Positions 56,759-64,000 of a stretch of 64,000 bases of DNA are shown here, one piece after another. Position 1 is the stretch's first letter. The number at the start of each line of letters is the position of its first letter. Position numbers and translations under genes: made by a program. Below the pieces are notes generated by a model, which did no database searches, was not told the origin of the DNA, and worked only from the letters and a program-made list of their open reading frames with translations. This stretch comes from Eledone cirrhosa (Eukaryota): contig OZ024755.1 in NCBI GenBank assembly GCA_964016885.1, forward strand, positions 39,184,001 to 39,248,000, written 5' to 3'.

Positions 56759-57296
56759 ATCCTTGAAGACATATCGCAAGTCAAAACAAATGATTTCATG
56801 TGAATAACCTATTAATGATTCAATAGCAACCGAACTTTAGAAATAAAGGGCCAAAGTACTTGTGCATAAGCTCTTGAATTTGTTTGTTTTGATTTGAAAG
56901 AATAGCCAGAGCTCTTAGCAATTTCATTATTCATCTATTACCCATCCATTTAATCGAAATTGTAAAGGAAGTCATCTAATATTTAGCTTTATCGTAGAAC
57001 ACTATTTAAAATCTAAAACTGTAAGAATCCCAGCAGTAGTCACATACTTTCATACATGAGGTTAAGATAGGATATTTATCATACGTAAACATTTAATTGT
57101 TAATTAGTAATTTCTTCCTGCTTATTTTTTGTTGTTCGTGAATGTCATTTGTAAATTGATAAATTGAAAATCTGAGAATATTTCTTTCTGTGCATCTCTA
57201 TATAACGAATGTTATCATGGTTGTATCATCATATCTGTGTTTATATATTTCTTAATATCACACATATCAGTCCTCTGTCAGTTACGTTGTATTATC

Positions 57297-57660
57297 AGGC
57301 GGTGGATTGGCAGTATCAGTAGAGAGTCGGACGCCATGCTTTCCAGCATAGTTACGTCCCTTTACGATCTGAGTTCAAATCCCGCCGAGGTTGACTTTGC
57401 CTTTCATCCTTACGGGGTCGACAAAATAAAGTACCAGTAATGCACTCGGTAATTGCTGGCCTTGTGCCTAAAGTAGAAACAATCATCAGAGTTACATTAC
57501 ATATCTACAACATCGATTATCTTAATAACATCTCATATCTAACATATATATCAAATAATAACTGTTTCTACTTTTGGCACAAGGCCAGCAAATTACCCAG
57601 TGCATTACTGGTACTTTTTTATCACCCCCGTAAGGATGAAAAGCAAAGTTAACCTCGGCG
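57297..57660. mobile_element. SINE (57297-57485, +) and inverted SINE 3' half (57560-57660, -)
   Basis: Same family as 56559-56758. Confidence 0.85.
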
Positions 57661-57704
57661 ACATTTATCAAATAATAACGTTATATTACTATGTCATATA
57701 TTGG

Positions 57705-58005
57705 TTAGTAACATCACATAACTATGACTTATATTCTATAGTAATAGGACATATCTATGTCATAGTGACATCACATAAATATGACATATTTTATAGTAAT
57801 AGCACATATCTATGTCATAGTGACATCACATAACTATGACTATAGTAATAGCACATATCTATGTCATAGTAACATCACATAACTATGACTTATATTATAT
57901 AGTAACAGGACATATCTATGTCATAGTAACATCACATAACTATGACATATATTCTATAGTAATAGGACATATCTATGTCAAAGAGACATGACAGAACTGT
58001 GACAT
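57705..58005. repeat. ~57-bp tandem repeat, ~5 copies
   Basis: tagtaacatcacataactatgac...ggacatatctatgtca periodicity. Confidence 0.85.
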
Positions 58006-58289
58006 ATCCTTTAGCAGAGGTTCTCAAAGTTGGTGCTACCGCCCCGGGGGGGGGGGGGGATTGCGAAGGTCCAGGGGGTGCTGGGGCCCTAAGAGTTACA
58101 GTAGACATGATGTAATAGTATATTAAATATCAAATGATACATATTATATATAAATATAGTAAAATATAAAATATATATCACATATCTGTGTCATATATTA
58201 TTCTTTCCAAACATCTAACTACACCAAATGCCCACAGAATCTAAGTGAAATATATAACATCACTTCCAGTAGTTAATTTATTAAAGATA

Positions 58290-58565
58290 TTATATTAGTA
58301 TAACTAATGTTATATTAGCATAACCAATGTTATATTAGTATAACTAATGGTATACTAGTATAACCAATGTCATATTAGTATAACTAATGTCATATTAGTA
58401 TAACTAATGGTATACTACTATAACCGATGTCATATTAGTATAACCAATGTCATATTAGTATAACTAATGCCATATTAGTATAACTAATGGTATACTACTA
58501 TAACCGATGTCATATTAGTATAACCAATGTCATATTAGTATAACTAATGTCATATTACTATAACT
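58290..58565. repeat. 20-bp tandem repeat (tattagtataactaatgtca), ~14 copies
   Basis: Direct periodicity. Confidence 0.9.
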
Positions 58566-58594
58566 ACTTGTTTCCCTTTTAATAATTCTAAGCT

Positions 58595-58792
58595 TCATTT
58601 ATTGCTATGGAAACTGAAATAATTCTCTCTCGCTATACCAACTAAGGTGGAAATCTTGTCATTATGAATACACTCTTCCCAGGGGAAGATGTATGGTCCT
58701 GCAACGTCCGGCGGTGTCGTAGGGTCGCCATATTGATATATGGCGTGTCTAGGGTTATTTGTAAACATGCCGAAGCCCAATCCTCTCCAGGT
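58595..58792 (-). CDS. Candidate terminal coding exon, product unknown
   Basis: Acceptor-like ctgtattcag| then open frame TWRGLGFGMFTNNPRHAIYQYGDPTTPPDVAGPYIFPWEECIHNDKISTLVGIARENYFSFHSNK*; non-repetitive, raised GC; ATTAAA just after the stop. Confidence 0.4.
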   Translation of the reverse strand, partial: TWRGLGFGMFTNNPRHAIYQYGDPTTPPDVAGPYIFPWEECIHNDKISTLVGIARENYFSFHSNK

Positions 58793-58887
58793 CTGAATAC
58801 AGTAGGTTTCATCCAGAGAATACAGTAGGTTTCATTAGAGAGTGAGAGAAACCAAATGACAAAGAGATATGGAATGAAGAATCAACC

Positions 58888-58975
58888 CCTGGTACTTTTT
58901 TACCGACCATGAATGGATGAAAAGCAAAGTTGACCACGGCAGCATTCGAATTCAGACACCAGAGAGCTGAAATGA
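58888..58975 (-). mobile_element. SINE fragment
   Basis: ggatgaaaagcaaagttgacc...attcgaattcag is the reverse of the SINE B-box and body. Confidence 0.65.
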
Positions 58976-59058
58976 ATACGAGTGTCTGCCTGTGAATGTG
59001 CGTAAGTGTGTGTGTATGTGTGCGTACGTGTGTGTGTATGTGTGTGTGTATGTATGTA

Positions 59059-60415
59059 TGTCAGGTTGCTCACGAGTGCTACTGGTAACATGTAACCGAG
59101 TACAACCTGTCTCATGGTCGTCGGCGACTAAACCAACAACCCTACCAAGCTTGCTTCGTGAGGAGGGTAATACTTGGACACCCTGCGGGATGAAATACAA
59201 GACCCGGCAAAGGGCGGAGCAACTCAGCAGAGTCAACAGCAATCCAAATAGTACATTTCTTGTTTTCACCTGGGAGTGAAAGGCCCCCAGTTGTTGTCAC
59301 AACACCTTTCTAGGAGAGGGAAACTGTGAAGAAAAACCTGCGGCTTCAGAAGTATCTGTTGATGTTGACCAGTTTTCCTTTTCGGGTAGTGTTTTCGATG
59401 CTCAGAGAGTGGGATTGGTCGAGTGCAAGGCCTTTCCCCACATAGTAAACCTTTAAAGCACAGGCATTGCTTGTTCAGGATATGTTACAGTTTCGTATGG
59501 CTGGCCGTAGCCTAATAGCTCACTAAACTCTATAATCTGACAAGGGATTGCAGTACTCTTAGCAGAGTTTGCAGCCACCATGTATGTATGTATGTATGTA
59601 TGTACAAAGCCAGTCCCACTCTCTTAACAAAGATGATATTTACCAAAAAGAAGAACAAGTCACTATAAAAGCTTCACGGCACAGGCATTGCTTTATATCT
59701 GGAGATCTCTCTGCACTTGTCGTCACATGGTACCATGGGCCTAGCACTATGTGTCAATAATTGTCACAAGTGTAGTGTTTGTACCAGAGTTTTCAAGTCG
59801 CTGGCTGGACTAAAAAGTCACACTCGTTCAGCGCATCGGTAGGGGTTCTCCTACATGGATATAAGTAGTGGCCGTACTCGAAAACGAGTGGGCAGCCACC
59901 ATGTATGTATGTATGTATGTATGTATGTATGTATGTATGTATGTATGTATGTATGTATGTATGTATGTATGTATGTATGTATGTATGTATGCGTGGGGAC
60001 ACGGTAATACACGGTTTCGGGTCCGAGCTCGCAGTGAGCCCACCTGAAGTGAGAGAACCTTAGTTCTTGTTAGGACATCATTCTAGGAGAAGGAAAACTC
60101 TGTAAAACCTGCGATTCGATGACAGCCAATGATGTTAACCTGTTCTTCCTTTTGGATACCTGTTTCCATCCTCCAGAGAGTGGGACTGGTCCAGTGCAAG
60201 GCCTTTCTTTACAGCAAAGCGCTTCAAATACAGGCAGCACTCGATCTAAACGTGAAGCATGTGACTTTCACATGTTTCACGTGAGCATGGACTTTACTTT
60301 TTTATCTCACTGCATCATAAGCAGAAAGGAATCTGGGACTAAAAGGTCACGTGCGTGTCACGGATGTATGGCAAAAAGGTCAAGGGGTGGCAGTTCTCGG
60401 AACTGAGATGTAGCT
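59059..60415 (+). mobile_element. Train of three RTE-derived non-autonomous elements separated by (TATG)n
   Basis: 59059-59580, 59604-59901, 59992-60415. First and third share ctaggagaagg/gagagtgggactgg-type motifs; first two end gcagccacca(tgta)n. Confidence 0.7.
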
Positions 60416-60625
60416 ATATATGTCTGCCTGTCTGTCTGTCTGTGTGTATGTATGTATGTGTGTATGTGTGTATGTGTGTATGTGTGTATGTGTGTATGTG
60501 TGCATGTGTGTCTGTGTATGTATGTATGTATGTATGTGTGTGTGTGTGTGTGTCTGTCTGTCTGTATGTGTGTCTGTGTCTGTGTCTGTATGTATGTATG
60601 TATGTATGTATGTATGTATGTATGT

Positions 60626-60667
<42 letters not shown>

Positions 60668-60688
60668 GTGTGTGTCTGTATGTGTGTC

Positions 60689-60729
<41 letters not shown>

Positions 60730-60785
60730 GTCTGTATGTATGTGTGTCTGTGTGTATGTATGTATGTGTGTCTGTGTGTATGTAT

Positions 60786-60900
60786 GTTCTTCTGGTTTTA
60801 TAATTTCACAAAGTTTTACCAATAGAGGGAGAGTCGGTTTCTAACATAGACACAAGACTCTCTCATTGGAATTTACACAACATCAACTAGGTAGATCTGT
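60786..60900 (-). mobile_element. Dong/R4-like 3' UTR terminal fragment in (TATG)n
   Basis: Matches 50467-50583. Confidence 0.88.
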
Positions 60901-61046
60901 ATGTATGTATGTATGTATGTATGTATGTATGTATGTATGTATGTATGTATGTATGTCTGTCTGTAAGTATGCATGTATGTATGATGCATGTATGTATGCA
61001 TGTATGTAAGTATGTATTTATGAATCAATGTATGTATATATGTTTG

Positions 61047-61108
<62 letters not shown>

Positions 61109-61393
61109 AATCAATGTATGTATATATGTTTGTATGTATGTATGTATGTATGTATGTATGTATGTATGTATGTATGAATGAATGTATTTATGAATCAATG
61201 TATGTATATATGTATGTATGTTTGTATGTACATGTATGTATGTATGTATGTATGTATGTATGTATGTATGTATGTACGTATGTATGTTGACATCATTGTA
61301 TTCTATATGTGCCTGCATTTCCTTTTTCTGCTTCCTTCTCTCTTACATTGGCTGAGCCAATCAGATGTCAGCATATATGCATATATATATATA

Positions 61394-61480
<87 letters not shown>

Positions 61481-61568
61481 ATGTAATGTATATATGTAAT
61501 ATATATATATATATATATATATATTACATTTATATATATATACATATAAACAATCATACATATATATA

Positions 61569-61611
<43 letters not shown>

Positions 61612-62030
61612 GGCATGATAAAATGGGAATATTACTATATATATACATATATAGAAGGCATGATAAAATAGGAATATTACCAAATCCTTTCCTGGAACCA
61701 TTCAGCATCAGCAATTGTGTTTTAACGAATAGAAAACTGATAATGTGTTTTCGTGCTTGGTTTTCGTCGATGTTGGACAAAGGATATTAAAATATAGAAT
61801 CTAGTATTAGACCAAAAGTAAAAAAAGTTATAAGGTTTCCACTGTTTATTTAATTTAGTCTCCACTGCAACCACTTATTCAGCTGACATTCACTGTTTTA
61901 CTTTAAACTTGGCTAAGCCATACTCACCACTGTCTCATGCTTTCAATGTTACTAATGGTTGACATTTTGCTCTCCTTCATAATGCTGAATATAAATAATA
62001 CCAGCCTTTACAGTCACCTTCTTCCCCTCT

Positions 62031-62085
<55 letters not shown>

Positions 62086-62284
62086 GTCTCCCTTGCTCTC
62101 TCCATCGGTTTATATATCTATCTATATATAATAAGACTAAATCATAATAACATTATTTCTGTCATATAACACAACGTACAGCTCAATACTTATTCAGGAT
62201 AAAAACTATATCTTACAGAGCTTCATTTATATTTAGGTATAAAGTATGTATATATATATATATATATAGTATAAAGTATATATA

Positions 62285-62878
<594 letters not shown>

Positions 62879-62938
62879 CAAGGGCTATGATACCATCGAC
62901 ACCATAAACACAGAGCTGGCATATCTAAGAACTAACTA

Positions 62939-62994
62939 ACTGCCTGATGAGGTCATAGCCATACAATGGCTATCATCGAAATATATGTAGCAGT
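62939..62994 (+). ncRNA. Minimal hammerhead motif, family A relative
   Basis: actgc-CTGATGA-ggtcatagcc(atacaat)ggctatcatc-GAAA-tatat-GTA-gcagt; inside a ~165-bp TA-flanked island. Confidence 0.82.
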
Positions 62995-63035
62995 AAATAC
63001 AGGATTATGAGTTCACGCAATTGACTTATGTTTCG

Positions 63036-63112
<77 letters not shown>

Positions 63113-63561
63113 GGTACCGCGGCCGATTAACTCAATCGATATGCAAATTAGGCTGCTCAGCCGTTAATATGCATAAGGAAAGTATATACTTTCAGACGTT
63201 CAACCTTCTGGCAGGAAGGTATACGTTGCTGACGATAGCTAATAAGCTTGAAACTAGTACAGCGTTCCTTTGTCAGTGTTGAACAAATGAGCAACGATGG
63301 TTGCTAGACACTGTACGGCTTAATTCGGGATGTTTGTTTACAAACACACCGAGCATTATAATAAATGTTCGGTGAATCCATACGTACATATATATATATA
63401 TGCGTGCTTGTATGTATATATATATATATATACATACTACTGTACGTCTGTATACATATATGTATGTACGTATACATACTTATATTTAAGTAACAGCCGT
63501 ACTAAGAGGGGGAAATGAAATTTCGTTTCATTTTTTCCGTTTTAAATATATATATATATAG

Positions 63562-63655
63562 CGAAATAAAATAACAAGGACCAATGGTCCCTCCTTCATT
63601 ACGTTTATTGGTCGGTGACGCGCGTTTCGCCACTGATCAGCTCAAGGTTCGAGTG
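63562..63655 (-). mobile_element. TA-abutting element end with non-canonical hammerhead-like motif
   Basis: - strand cgaaCCTTGAgctgatcagtggcGAAAcgcgcGTC; terminal sequence resembles 22-52. Confidence 0.4.
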
Positions 63656-64000
63656 TATCGATTTATCCGGACTCTGTAAACCGTGGCTCGTCAGACCCCT
63701 TATAATGGTAATGGAAAAATGAATATACATGCCGTATGAGAAAGTCTGATGTTCCTATGGTGGTCAGTGAAGATGTTTTGATTGGTGGGTTAATTCATAG
63801 GGATGTATGTGGGTGGGTGCGGTGATAAGTTGCCGGACATAGGTTGAATTGGGGGGGGGGTCGGGGTGCTGATTGTCGCTAGACAGTTTGGCATGTAGAT
63901 GTGGCTGACTTTTCTGTGTGGTGTGGGTGTGGTGGTGTTGCGGTTTATGATACAAGATGAAAGGCTGCGGTGTTCGGGTGGGGGGACATGTGTAGTAGTG

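Noticed and set aside
58014-58100. hAT-like terminus cagaggttctcaaagt
   Set aside because: No matching second TIR or TSD found in the window.

Overview
This is eukaryotic, AT-rich, microsatellite-saturated DNA. The repeat content resembles octopus/coleoid cephalopod genomes (inference, not a database match). No intact host gene is visible, only one candidate terminal exon at 58595-58792 (-). Nearly all long ORFs in the track are artefacts of (TA)n, (CA)n, (TATG)n, (AGT)n or satellite repeats. Real content: decayed non-LTR retrotransposons (Tx1/L1-like, RTE-like, Dong/R4-like REL), a Penelope-like GIY-YIG fragment between ~460-bp inverted repeats, a Helitron carrying a Pif1-helicase C-terminal remnant, tRNA-derived SINEs, and several satellites (10-kb 38/40-bp array; 2.5-kb 45-bp array). 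The most striking pattern is about 20 short (150-500 bp) non-coding elements from roughly 10 sequence-unrelated families, almost all embedded in (TA)n. Many are long fold-backs and many carry a minimal type-I hammerhead ribozyme motif with compensatory base changes. They look like a population of non-autonomous Penelope pLTR-derived ribozyme mini-retroelements. Coordinates were counted by eye; element edges may be off by several bases.
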